Of a DNA stretch of 64,000 nucleotides, positions 40,242-53,230 are shown one piece after another. The notes beneath the pieces are model-generated. The model was not told the DNA's origin. It saw only the letters and a list, made by a program, of their open reading frames with translations, and ran no database searches. A program made the translations under genes and the position numbers. Source of the DNA: Parasitella parasitica NRRL 2501 (Eukaryota > Fungi > Mucoromycota); NCBI GenBank assembly GCA_025201805.1, contig MU619369.1, positions 7,535-71,534 of the forward strand, given 5' to 3'. Numbering within the stretch: the first letter of the stretch is position 1; each line of letters begins with the position of its first letter.

Positions 40242-40997
40242 AATAAAATTACGTTTATTTGTGGTATTACTAGCAATTTATATGGTTGATAATTACCCAA
40301 AATTCTTAAAATGAAAAGATCGTCTGTCATGTAAATCAAATGTTATGTCGCTTCCAACAAATTGTTCGACTTTGCTTACATTTCATATAAACGCATAAAC
40401 GTTTTGATATACAGCGAAATAAGCTTCTTTTAAGCTTGACAAAAACATGCATGAATATCGCTATCTGAGCATAACTTACTCTCCACTGGGCGATGTGTCT
40501 ATCAAAAGGTATGAGTAAAAATAGTTTTTATTTTCATAATAATTCATCTTGAATACAAATATTTGGTTACAAATTCTGAAAACGTAACGAGAAGATTATC
40601 GCTAATGTATCAATTCCCCAACCGTACGTCAAATCCAAGTAAACTCACCCCAGAACAAAATCCAGGAACATATCTCAGTAGATCCCGTTCCATAATAAAT
40701 TTTAATTTATCATGGCTTGCTTATGGACAATATAAACAATAATCTATCGTCACATTCCCTAAATCACACCACACCTCACATCTACACTTTACCTTCCCAT
40801 CAGTTCACTTGAATTCACTAGTAGTATATAATTAAACAAGCATATTTTCCGTGTAATAAACAATTATTTCTTCACATTAATTCACAGCAGCAAATTGTTA
40901 TATTTTTGAATAAAAGGTTTATGCGACGAAAAATTATTACAGAAACGAAATGGCCATACATAGGATTGACCGCAGGACACTGTTTGTTGTACATTTT

Positions 40998-43900
40998 TTA
41001 CTTGTCCTGAGATTTTACATCATCACCGTTCGTATTGTCATTCTTTTTCTCCCATTCCCCCTCTTCAATCAAGGTCTCCTCGTCTCCAACCGGCGCCAAG
41101 CGCTTTTTTGTAATGTTCTCCTCTTCAGTAGCAGCAGTGCCAGGAGCATGGTTTCTCTGAATAACCAAATCAGTCTCACCATTCTCTAGAGTTTCTACTG
41201 AGATCTTTGCAGTTTCTCCTGTGCGAACACCTCCATCGATCAATAGGCGAGCTAAAGGATTCAGCAATTTCTTTTGAATCAAGCGATTCAAGGGTCGAGC
41301 GCCGTACGCAGGATCATAACCACGTTCTCCTAACCAATCTCTTGCCTTAATGTCAACGTCAATCTTAATACGGCGATCCGCTGTACGGCTCTCCACTTCC
41401 TTGATACGAACATCAACAATATCACGCAGAGCAGACTTTGAAAGTCGATTAAAGATTACCATTTCGTCAATGCGATTGACAAACTCGGGGGCGAAGCTGC
41501 GTCTAACAGCTTCCATAACGCTCTCCTTGGCACGAGCGCTGACAATGCCTTCTTGGTTCGTATCATGGACTAAGGCCTCAGCACCCAAGTTGGATGTCAT
41601 GATAATGATTGTGTTACGGAAGTCGATCTTGCGGCCTTTAGTATCTGTCAAGACGCCATCATCAAGCACCTGTAATAAAATGTTGGATACGTCGTGATGT
41701 GCCTTTTCCATCTCATCAAGCAGAACAACAGCATATGGACGACGACGAACAGCTTCAGTCAATTCACCACCTTCTTCATGGCCGACATAACCTGGAGGGG
41801 AACCAATCAGGCGACTGACGCTGAACTTCTCCATATATTCAGACATATCCACACGAACAATGGCGTTTTCTGTGTCAAACAAGAACTTTGCGATAGTCTT
41901 GCACAGCTCAGTCTTACCAACACCAGTGGGGCCTAGGAACAAGAACGAGGCGATGGGCTTGCTTGGATTTTGCAAGCCAGCACGACTCAAGCGAACAGCG
42001 TCAGCAACAGCGTGAATAGCTTCATCTTGACCTACGACACGCTCTGTCATGACATCTTCCATGTGCAGCAGTTTCTCGCGCTCTCCCTTCATCAAGTTGC
42101 GTACTGGAATACCGGTCATTTGAGAAACTACACGAGCAATGTCGTTTGATGTTACTCTTTCGTGGATAAACGACTCGGTGTTCTCATCTTCGGCTTGATT
42201 TTCGGTGGGCAGTTTCTTTTCTAGGTTGGGAATGACACCGTATCTCAATTCAGACGCACGCTGGAAGTTGCCAGCACGCTGGGCTTGCTCCAGATCAACA
42301 CGAGCCTTTTCCAAATCTTCTTTCACCTTTTTGATTTCGTCCAGCTTCTGACGCTCGGTATTCCAAATCTCTGACAAACGCTTGCTTTCTTGTTGCTTGT
42401 CTTCGAGGTCCTGCTTCAATTTGTCACGACGTTCAACAGACATGATATCGGTTTCTTTGCGCAAACTTTCTAGCTCGATTTGAAGCGTCATGATTTGACG
42501 GTCAAGGTTTTCCAGTGCTTCCGGCTTACTCTCTTGTTGCAGACGAAGCTTCGAACACGCCTCATCAATGAGGTCAATGGCCTTATCAGGAAGGAAGCGG
42601 TCTGCAATGTATCGATGAGAGTGAATAGCAGCAGCTACAATGGCAGCATCAGAAATACGAACACCATGGTGCACTTCATAGCGCTCTTTAAGGCCACGTA
42701 AAATGGAGATTGTGTCTTGCACGGAGGGCTCTTCAACCATAACTTGCTGGAAACGACGAGCCAAAGCAGGGTCTTGCATAATATACTTGCGATACTCATC
42801 AATTGTGGTAGCACCGACACATCGTAGTTGACCTCTAGCCAATGCAGGCTTTTTTTTTGTTTCAGCAAGTTGATAATTGTGTTTTTATACTGATAGTCCT
42901 TACCTTGAGCAAATTGCTTGCATCCATAGCGCCCTCTGATTTTCCCAATCCGAGCAATGTGTGAATTTCGTCCACAAACAGAATGATATTCCCTTCTGAT
43001 TCAGACACCTCCTTCAAGACACCTTTAAGACGATCTTCAAATTCGCCGCTAGACAAATGTAAGTATACTGAGACTTGAAACATGACTTGGATTGACTAAC
43101 CGATATTTTGCACCTGCGACAAGAGCCTAGCTTGAAAATGTTAGTGGTTGCAATACATTTGCATGGATATATTTGACAGCTTACACCTAAATCCAAGGCA
43201 ATTACTCGCTTCCCTTGGATTGATTCGGGTACTTCATTCGCGACAATACGTTGAGCCAAACCCTATAAATTTGTTTTTTTTTTTTTTTTTCATGAGCGTT
43301 CTACCAAATCTCAATTCATGCAAATGGCTTTTACTTCAGCAATCGCGGTTTTACCGACACTAAATTTTTGTCATTCACAAACAAGGGTTAGATATTTGAA
43401 TCATAATACACGCAATTCTTAAATCAACGTTTACCCTGCTTCACCAATCAATACTGGGTTATTCTTGGTACGTCGAGCCAATCTACATTACTCTGGCGTT
43501 AATGGCTTTCGCACAAAAACGTCGCAAAAACTTACACTGTGATGGAAAATATAAGTATGCATCACCTTTATCAATTTTTCTACTACTATACCTTCCAAAG
43601 TTCGTCTAATCTCTTCATCCCGGCCGATGACAGGGTCTGTTTTGGTTAGGTTTTAGTAAATTATGTTATATAACAATCGTGATGGCATCTCTTCACAAGT
43701 CCGACATCGAAATATCCAGAACATTTGCCTTCATACATACCCAGTTTTCCCTTCTCTGCCATTGCAGTGAGATCAATTCCCTAAAAAAAAGAATACCCCC
43801 ATTAGAAAATACATCGTCATTCTGTTGAATAACAAATAATTTTACGAATTGTTCTAGAGGTTTTTGCTGCTCCTGCTCTTGATTAGGATTCAATCTGAAG

Positions 43901-44171
43901 CCTTGTCCACCTTGCCCAGGTGTTCCTCCTGGCTTAACGCATCAGAATACTTGTGCATGCATGTAATATATAGTCATCAACTACCATTATAAAATCGTTT
44001 GGCACCGTAATACGTGGCTAACATGGGCTGTCTCTTCAATGCAACAGCTATTAAGGAAGTCGCTTTGACAGTTCCCTCCAATGATTTGTTTGTCAAAATA
44101 CGGCGTTCAATGTTTGCATGCAATTGACGTCGTGTTGCAACACTAAAATTTCTTTGTGAAAACCTCAACAT
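40998..44171 (-). CDS. HSP78: Mitochondrial ClpB-family disaggregase Hsp78
   Basis: Arg-rich mitochondrial presequence, no N-domain, two AAA+ modules ([15 protein letters not shown]; [11 protein letters not shown]), M-domain, [10 protein letters not shown]. Confidence 0.95.
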
Positions 44172-44391
44172 TGCTAATTTGGGAAGAAAAAAAATGCAAG
44201 AGAAAAGGATGAGATAAAAATTATCGGGAGCTTTTTTCGCATTTATATATGGTTTTGACAACAAGGCGGGGAAATCATGGCTCGGATGATATGCAGTAGA
44301 CTGGCACCACTCTTGCTACCACGGTGACTAGATTAAATTTTTGCTTGATTTTCAAGAGGGGAGGGCTGTTCCAATTTTCTCCAAAACAATC

Positions 44392-47169
44392 ATGTTTATA
44401 CAAAGGACTTCCTTGTTGTTTTGTAAGCATATAAAAACAACATCATATGGTTCCATATCGTGCGTCTATAAAAGATGGAACTCAAAAAGCTCTACTGAGG
44501 TAAGCATAGGCATTCAAGTTTGAAAGCTGGAGCATAACGAATGTATCCTAGAAATTAAAAGGTGCCAATCCCAGCAAAGTGATCGATTTGACAGCATTTC
44601 CTGCAGAAAACATAAGAAACTTCAGCATCATTGCTCATATAGGTAAAATGAAATACTAGTGTCTAGTTTGACATCATGCTTACTACGTTGAAACCGCAGA
44701 TCATGGAAAAAGTACTTTGGCTGACAGGTAAAAAAATTCTTCAAGGTCGGGTTGTGCAATAATTTTGAAGCTTGATGTATTTTGCGCTAGATTATTAGAG
44801 TTGACAAACACAATATCGGCAACAGGTTCGAATAAGCAAGTGCTGGATAAGCTGAAAGTCGAGCGAGAAAGAGGAATCACTGTAAAAGCTCAGGTAAGAA
44901 GGATCCAACCTTTCCTTGACAAAGATCCCACCCTTTCTTACCTGTTGCAACATGGTAGACAGTATCCATGTTTTATAGTCACAATGGCACAGAATACCTA
45001 CTGAATCTAATTGACACGCCTGTATGTATGCACATTTCACTGATTAAGAGTCGTCAACTTATCCGTAGGATAGGGACATGTTGATTTTAGTTACGAAGTG
45101 TCAAGATCATTAGCTGCATGTCAAGGGACGCTGCTGTTGGTGGATGCTGCACAGGGCATCCAAGCACAAACAGTAGCAAACTTTTATTTGGCATTTGGAG
45201 AAGGATTAGAGATTATACCCGTCTTGAACAAGATTGATTTGCCTGGTGCAGAACCCGAGCGAGTATTGAAGCAGATTGAAAGTGCTTTTGAGCTGAATAC
45301 AGATGACATTCTGCAGATTTCTGCCAAATCAGGGATCAACATTGATAAAGTATTGCCGAGCGTTATTGAAAAAGTGCCGCCGCCAGCTGCGTCCATAGAC
45401 AAGCCATTTCGAGCATTGCTGTTTGATTCGTGGTATGATAAGTACGTTGGTGTAGTCTGTATGCTTGGAATGAAGGATGGTATGCTGCGAAAAGGCGACA
45501 AGGTTGTTTCTGCGCATTCTGACACTAAATACGAAATCACTGAGATCGGCATCATGCACCCTGAGCAAGTACCCACAGGTTATTTGTAAGTGTGCCATCT
45601 GATCACCTGGTTTTCACTCACAAAAATATAGACATGCTGGTCAGGTTGGATATATTGTTTGTGGCATGAAAAGTGCGTCAGAGGCCCATATCGGTGATAC
45701 CTTTCATCATTTGGGCCAAAAAGTAGAGATTTTACCAGGCTTTCAGCCTGCCCAATCCATGGTGTTTGCTGGCATCTTCCCTGTAGACACGAATGATTTC
45801 AGAAAATTGGATGAAAATATCAAGAAATTGACCTTAAACGACGCCAGTGTCACGGTGCACAAAGAGACTAGCCATGCTCTTGGTCAAGGATGGCGATTAG
45901 GATTTCTGGGAACATTGCATATGGATGTGTTTAGACAGCGTCTGGAAAATGTAATTGCTTTCAGATGAGGTCAACATGTATGCTGACTAGACAGCTTTTT
46001 GATTTAGGAATACGATGCTAATATCATTGTGACACAACCAACTGTGCCTTACAAAGGTACAATCCTGTCCTCAAATGGCAAGGAAATATACGCTCTCCAT
46101 TAAACCTAGTTTTCGTTTTGTAGTCGTTTACCGAGACGGCAGCTCGAAATTAGTAAGGAATCCAGCAGATTTTCCTGATCTCGAGGAGCGTTCATTCAAA
46201 GTGTCGAAATTGCAAGAACCTATGGTATTAGCAACCCTTATTTTCCCTGATGTAAGTTGCTATTGATAGCAACCAATTTTTAGTCTGACATGGGCGCGTA
46301 GGAATATATGGGTAAATTGATTGAATTATGCGGCGTAAGTAACAAGATAATTGGGCAATAGACGATAATTGACATTTACTGTGCAGTCTCGCAGAGGAGA
46401 GCAATTAGAATATGTGTATGTGGATGAAACACGTGTCATGATGAAGTACAGAATTCCTCTTGCAGAAGTGGTGACAGACTTCTATGATGAACTCAAGAGC
46501 AGATCTTCTGGATACGCCTCCTTTGATTACGAAGACGGCGGATATGAAGATAGCGATTTAGTAAAGGTATCCTAATATCATCAAAAATATGTCAAATGTT
46601 GAATATTTACACCTCAAATGCTGGACAGATGAATGTTCTTTTGAATTCAAAGCCTGTCGATGCACTTTCTGTGATTTTGCATCGAAGCCAAGTTGACATT
46701 GTTGGCAGAGACTGGGTCAAGAGACTAAAAGGAGTCATTCAGAGACAGCTGTTTGACGTTTCAATCCAAACTGCTTTAGGGACAAAGATCATTGCCAGAG
46801 AAACGTAAACGTTTGAATTATTGATGATCCTCACATGATGCTAAACGTTTTTCTTTTCTTTTTACAGTGTATCCGCCATGCGTAAAAATGTCACGGCTAA
46901 ATGCGTAAGCACATAAGATCAAAATGAAATGCTACACTCACTTATAAAGCAATATATACAATATATAGTATGGTGGAGATGTCTCGCGAAAAATGAAGCT
47001 CCTGCAAAAGCAAAAGGAGGGCAAAAAAAGGATGAAAATGATTGGTAATGATACATCGTACAACGGAAAGAGAAGGCTGTCATTTCTAATTTATCATCAA
47101 CATTTAGGTAATGTAGAATTGCCTCAAAAAGCCTTTTATGATTTCATGGATAAAAGTAAAAACTCTTGA
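44392..47169 (+). CDS. GUF1: Mitochondrial translation factor GUF1 (LepA/EF4)
   Basis: [76 protein letters not shown]. Confidence 0.96.
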
Positions 47170-47289
47170 AAGTTATAAGGTCTTGATGCCATTTTGTAAA
47201 AATAAATGACTTTGTAGATTTCTTCTTGCGCAGTTTGACCGGATTTGAGCTTTTTGAACAGTTTTCCTTGCAGTCCAGTGGCATATTTT

Positions 47290-47800
47290 GTCCTTACGGC
47301 TTCAAAACTATGGCATCTGTTTCTTCCCTTATTTCATTTCTGTTGTAACTCGGGCGAAACTATTTTAGGACCATGGAAAGCAACTCCACCAGAGATTTCT
47401 AACTTGCTTAGTGGAAATAATGCTCTGTCGAAAGAGTTCAGAAAAAACATAAGGTTGTACAATAGTTCCTTAAGTTCCACTTCTTTGGGTGTTGATCTTG
47501 ATCTCAACTTGGCCAACAAAAGAATTAGATCTTACACTTTCCGTATTCAAAGAAGTGCTTATCATTTGATTGAATCTGCACTGCCTCAGAATGGATAGGA
47601 ACCGAAATTTGCTCAGATCTATATTTTATGACGCTGCAGAGGAAATAAGTGATAAACATGCCGTAGCTTCACATCTTTCTAGCACAACTTTAGATTGCTT
47701 GCAACGTTTGATTCACAGGTTGAATCCTCACATACAAAATTTTAAGAGTATGATTGAAATCGCAGGCAGTCAAGCCAACTTCAAAGAATGGATAAGGCAA
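47290..47800 (+). mobile_element. Degenerate Helitron RepHel N-terminal fragment
   Basis: CCNSG...PPEISNLL...SKEFRKNIRLYNSSLSSTSLG...YTFRIQRSAYHLIESALPQNG*EPKFAQIY(I/F)YD resembles the conserved Helitron N-terminal block; in-frame stop at 47596 and a frameshift. Confidence 0.85.
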
Positions 47801-48516
47801 TTTTGGTTCCCACCAAACTACGAGAGCGACTCAGATGATGCCTAAACCTACATGAACTGAAGCACGACGTCTTTATTGCCTCAGTTCATTCCAAGGCCAC
47901 ATGTGCAAACTCATTATGAATCTACGACACATAATAATAATAGTAATAACAATCAATTGATATTACTTATTACACCTAATGATATTGAAGATATTCAAGA
48001 TTAATTATTCTATACGAAGCTTAAAGTTATACAATCTTTTTTTCTTTATTCAATGAAAAGGTCTCATGAATAATATTACAAACCTGACAAAGTAATTCGA
48101 TACCATTAACCGCATCCATCATCTTCCTTGTTATCACAAGCTTGTGTATATATACTCAAATTCAATTCGGTCAATAAAGCAAAGGTTACATTATATATGC
48201 ATAGATATAGGCTAAACAGAATTCTTATTCAAAACAAGCATAATACTGTGTCATAAAAGTAGTAGTTTATTTGTATAAATATTAGCTGTTTGTCATAAAT
48301 TAGGTAAATTATAGGGGATCAAGACATCAATTTTGACATCGGCGATTAGGAGAGAGTGACTGAGAAGGATTGATGTGAAAAAATCTATAGAAATATGAGC
48401 ATAATAGTAAATTAAATTATCGTAACTATATAATAATGTATAAAGTAATAGTAATAAGTTGTTGAAATGTTGAATAGGTTGAAAATTGGACCGAAATGAT
48501 CCTATAATTCGTTCAT

Positions 48517-49326
48517 TTATGCTAACCCCTTCGGGGTCAAGCTAAGCTTAAGAGTGCTTCCACGGCGGCCAGTGATCAAATCCTCGAGCTCTTGTATTTT
48601 GCGTTGCTTCTCAACATCGTCTGTTTTGCTCTGAACGTTGTACGCCTTGATTTTGCTTGGCGTGGACCTGCTAGTACAGGGCTCCACAGATGCTACAGAA
48701 GGAGACCATGCGCCAACTTTACTGCTGCGAAGTCCTTTCAAGAGAAATTTACTGCCACTGCTGGCTTCTTTCTCGGCGTCCTTGTAAATGGTAGACGAGC
48801 AAGAGTGTCTTCGGCTACTCTTTTTCTTTTCAGAATTGCCTTTAACCACTCGAGGATCGCTTGCAACGGTGCGACGGGCCTCAGCATGGCGCATAGGGTT
48901 GTTGGTTGATCTAGTGTTTTGTTGTTGCTGCTGTGATACTTCCAGAGTATGCACGGGACGTTTAAGGTTTTGCTTTGAGCCATTAGCTATTAGATGACGA
49001 CGAGGGGAGGGAGAGATTGAATTAACCTTGGCGGGCATTTTCTTTGCAAATGGGCTCTTTTGTTGAGGAATCGGCGGAGGTGCAGATAACGGCTGATAAA
49101 GCTCATAAGGCATTTCATTTTGATTCTTCTCGTCACAAAAAGCGTGAAATGCTGTTCTCGTAGGAGAAACCAAAGAAAAAATGCTTGTTGAATGTTGAAG
49201 GATTGGCGGGGAAATCTCTAAATGTGCAGCTGATTTGCGACCCAAAGACGTTTGATTTGTGTCAATTTGTTGTCGAAATATGCTTTTGAACTTGATGGAA
49301 CGTTTTTGCTCAATGCTTTCAAGCAT
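48517..49326 (-). CDS. Hypothetical basic, Ser-rich low-complexity protein (269 aa)
   Basis: Long uninterrupted ORF with coding-like GC in AT-rich flanks; C-terminal KIQELEDLITGRRGSTLKLSLTP; no family recognised. Confidence 0.65.
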   Translation of the reverse strand: MLESIEQKRSIKFKSIFRQQIDTNQTSLGRKSAAHLEISPPILQHSTSIFSLVSPTRTAFHAFCDEKNQNEMPYELYQPLSAPPPIPQQKSPFAKKMPAKVNSISPSPRRHLIANGSKQNLKRPVHTLEVSQQQQQNTRSTNNPMRHAEARRTVASDPRVVKGNSEKKKSSRRHSCSSTIYKDAEKEASSGSKFLLKGLRSSKVGAWSPSVASVEPCTSRSTPSKIKAYNVQSKTDDVEKQRKIQELEDLITGRRGSTLKLSLTPKGLA

Positions 49327-49362
49327 TTCGTTGTTTTTAAAAAAATTTATTAAAGGAGAGGG

Positions 49363-49402
<40 letters not shown>

Positions 49403-51656
49403 CAAACAAAAAGAATGAAAAAGAATTTTTTGTTTGAAAGCTGTCGTTTTTAAATACAACAGAATACAGCTGTGTGCCTGCAAGAGTAACGGATGACAAC
49501 CTTCCGTTTTAGGGAGGGCTGTCTTTTCTACTAAATTCATGTCACACCAGCTCGGTGTTGTGCCATATTTATATACAAGACATATCTGAATGGTGCGATA
49601 CAACATGGTATTGTATAACGATTCTGAGTTGCGTTTATCAACACTAGCCGTCCGATGTCGCTTCGCTTAATTATAGAGTCGCACTACTGGTTCACAGAAG
49701 ACAGATTCTAATATCGCTTAAAGATGAGTGTTTTAATGATGAAAGAATCTGATTACTATCAACTTTCAGGTTATGAAACAACTGCCTCAAAACAATTTGC
49801 TGAGATTAAGCCCTTTTTCATTCCCTATATGCAATAACCAGATGTTTTATAGGAAACCCCAATAAATCCGTCAGCTGCTAAAAAAAACTAAATGGCACTG
49901 TATACTTCGAGTAATTACTACTTGGGATAACGATATAATTTCATTATTATATCAACTTAATAATATGACTATAATGTTCCTGAGTAAACTAGCATTTCAT
50001 TCATCCGAAGAAAAACGACTTTAATTTCCTAAAGAGGATTCATTGTATTCTATAACTCTTTTTGTCTGTCTCCGAATAAATGCCTGATCATTTGACAGCA
50101 ATTGATTGTTGTCAAATTGAGATGATGGCCATGGGAAACAGTAGCTTATTCTCATTCTTCTTTGGCAAAGGCAAATGATATACTTATTATCAATTTTACT
50201 TGAGAGTTACTCTTGGTTACAGCATATAGTTTTTGGTTCATAGTAAATGAAGAGAGGGAAAGAAGAGTAAAAAATTGACTAACAGCATTTTGAAATTGTT
50301 ATAGGTTTACACGAAAAAGTAGACATGTCGTTGTCATATTTGAGCACAAAAAAGTGCGTGAAAATATGTAGATCTGCAATTCTTACATATTATCTGCCAC
50401 TTTGGAAGCAACACTCCAACTATACGGTTGTATTGCATCTAGAGTGGTTTGACGGCGGTTGAGTATACACAAAAGCCTTCTGTTTCTTATTTCAAACTTC
50501 CATTTCTGTGCCGTAATCTGGCGGGAAAATATACATGATGTATTATCAAGTGCTTTAAGATTATTATGGAAATGTTGTTTGAATTATTGGGTACACTATT
50601 ATTTTATATTCGTTGACTATAAACCCAAGGTGACCTCAGGAACGATCAGAATCGAACAGTTGAGTTTTACCTATTTGCCACATTTATAATTGACAACTGA
50701 TCTTCAGTTTTCATTTAATATTTCTGCTGATCCTATTAAAAAGGAAAGATCCAAAACCAAGGCAACATGCTTTTGGAGGTTGCAGTATGCATAATCTCAG
50801 AAAACCACATTCTCGTATTTTGATTTGAGAAAGTGGTTTATTCAAACGTGGTACCAATTGAATAACTATTAACTCCAAACATTTGTTTTCTCTAACCTAT
50901 GATACTTTCTTATTTCATTATTAATTATCTAAAAAGGTGAAGGAAAGTAGCTAGAAATGTAAATATGTAAAATATCGTGATTCATCGTAAAAAACTGTTT
51001 ACACATCACGTCTTTATAGTAATGCAAACAATTCTACCTTCCACTGATATATAGTTCTCACTTGTTGGTTGTCAGATTTACAATAATTTTTTTGAAACGA
51101 ATAGCTCAAAACTGTGTACATCTGAAAGATTTACTCCAAAATCTTCTTTTGTCAAAAGTAATGCACTTGACCCACAATTCGTATGTGAGAACTTGGTTAA
51201 AAGAGGATGCCCCAAATAACATAGAACGGGCGTGATATAATATTGCTTCCACATATTGGTAGATGACAAAATCAACTGTGCATGTCCATTGAAAAAGCAT
51301 AAGATTATAGCTTATCACTTTATATTATATTTTTTCTGAGGATCAAACAACGGTTGAATGCAGATTATTTACTAATTGCAGTATAATTAAAAGTTGTCTG
51401 CAAAAGTCATGTAAATATGTTTATACTAGGTATAGCTGATTCTTACTATTGAAGCATAAGATACAATACTGTACACATGTCAACAGCAGCATTTATAACA
51501 CAACCTTGTTGCTCGTAAACTAAATCCTGAATTTTTTATTCCTCCATATCGTAAATACTATGTATTACCTAAAACAAATTCGACACCACACTTACACCAA
51601 ACTGTACAGAGGAGTAGAGGTAATGTAGGCGAGTACTGCATAAAAGTCTGGTGGCA

Positions 51657-51955
51657 CAGGGTTTCTCGAAATTATTCGTCCACTTGGTGAAGCAGTTACT
51701 GAAAAAAAATTCAAGTACTAGTCTAAGCGCAAACTTAATGAAAAAATCGTGCACAAAAAGTAGCGAAGATCGAGCATTGTTTGAACAGGAAATTTATTTA
51801 ATATAATTGAACACGCTTGAATTTTTTATCATTTTTCAGCTTGGATTGTCATTGCCTTCATGCTTGAATTTTTTTTCAGTAACTGGTTGATTTTTTAATT
51901 TTTTATTGCTTGGAATTTTTTTCTCCAAGTGCACGAATGATTTCGAGAAACCCTG
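51657..51955. mobile_element. Non-autonomous TIR element (MITE), Tc1/mariner-like
   Basis: Left CAGGGTTTCTCGAAATTATTCGTCCACTTGGTGA versus right TCTCCAAGTGCACGAATGATTTCGAGAAACCCTG (inverted, 3 mismatches); right flank TA, left flank CA; inner inverted pair CAGTTACTGAAAAAAAATTCAAG / CTTGAATTTTTTTTCAGTAACTG. Confidence 0.85.
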
Positions 51956-52079
51956 TATATGGACTTTACACTCAAAATCACAGCTTTTTGCTGCTTACTC
52001 TGGGTAAAGACTTCATCTTTACGCGCAACACATCTGGGAGAAGAGAGGGCAGCTTTTGTGGATTCAGTAACCTATTTTG

Positions 52080-52874
52080 CTGCTTCGGATGTCTCTTGAA
52101 TGGTATGCGATGGATGATAGTGTCATATTTCCCAGCGAAATCACCACAACATCACTGCTTTTTGCTGGTTACTCTGGATAGAAACACCACCCTTACACGA
52201 AATTGTAACAGTAAAGTTTGCTCTTCTGCTGCTTTCAAAAGAACTCGAAGGGGAATACCTACAAATCTTCACCGACAACACTACCACCGTTAAAGACGCT
52301 ATGAGATCAGGCGGTACATCCTCAGTAGCCCTCCAAGACCTCGCAATAGAGATCCAAGAGATCATCCTTCTGGACAACTTGCAGGTAAAGTTCCAACGCT
52401 TTGCGTTGTAATCTCACAGAAGACCAGGCATTATTCTTGGCAAACATTAATGATAAGAACTCATGTCGTTCAATTCTTCCCTCAACTGCTACCTCTTGAT
52501 TAACCGCCCTGATGAAAGTCTCTGGAGTTGATACGAATGTGTTCAAGGCCCACTCCTTAAGGTTTACTGCAAGCACAAAGGCAGTGCAAGGAGTGGTTGC
52601 CATCCAGACAATCAGAGAACATGGCAATTGGTCACAATCTGCAAATACTTTCGAACAGTATTATGATAGACCATCCGAACAACACGCACGTGGATCATTA
52701 ATTACAAAACAATTCTCTAATGATGCAGAGAACAGAGCCACATCGGAAGTCGGAGTGGAGGCAACCTCAATTGTGTTAGGAACGACACACAATGGTGCTG
52801 TTGTCGAAACGAAGACAGAGGATGTGGTGGGGTCCTGTTGCAAGAAATTATGGAAATTGCTATCTTTTAAATAA
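52080..52874 (+). mobile_element. Internally deleted DIRS-like (tyrosine-recombinase) retrotransposon remnant
   Basis: RNase H-like frame ...KFALLL...LQIFTDNTTTVKDAMRSGGTSSVALQDLAIEI at ~52200-52410, followed by YR C-terminus ...FKAHSLRFTASTKAV...IREHGNWSQSANTFEQYYDRP; premature stops. Confidence 0.82.
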
Positions 52875-53230
52875 GTTTATCAGCTAATTTCTCTCCCTCA
52901 TACCACCAATCCATCAAAAGAGTTGCGTGCTTGGTTTTAGTCATAAACAGGAGATAGTATTACAAGTTTTGTTAATTAATATATGGAAAATAAAACGTGG
53001 CTTGAAGGCCTGTAACTACATCCTCTGTCTTTGTTTTGGCAATAGTACCATTTTGTTAGATGCTTGGAAGACTAGAACGATGAGATCTGCGCATTTTTGC
53101 GCAATATTTTACATTTGGCTGGTGTTGTGTCACAATAAGCTTTTCTGGAGGAACCGAATTTCCAGTTTGTCATGTAAAAAGGTAACCTGGGAAAACCAGG
53201 CTCTCTTTATATTCTTTATCAGTAGAAAAT

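Noticed and set aside
49640-49680. Possible Helitron 3' end on the minus strand (GCGAAGC...CTAG-T)
   Set aside because: Hairpin is weak and the orientation is opposite to the Rep fragment at 47.3 kb
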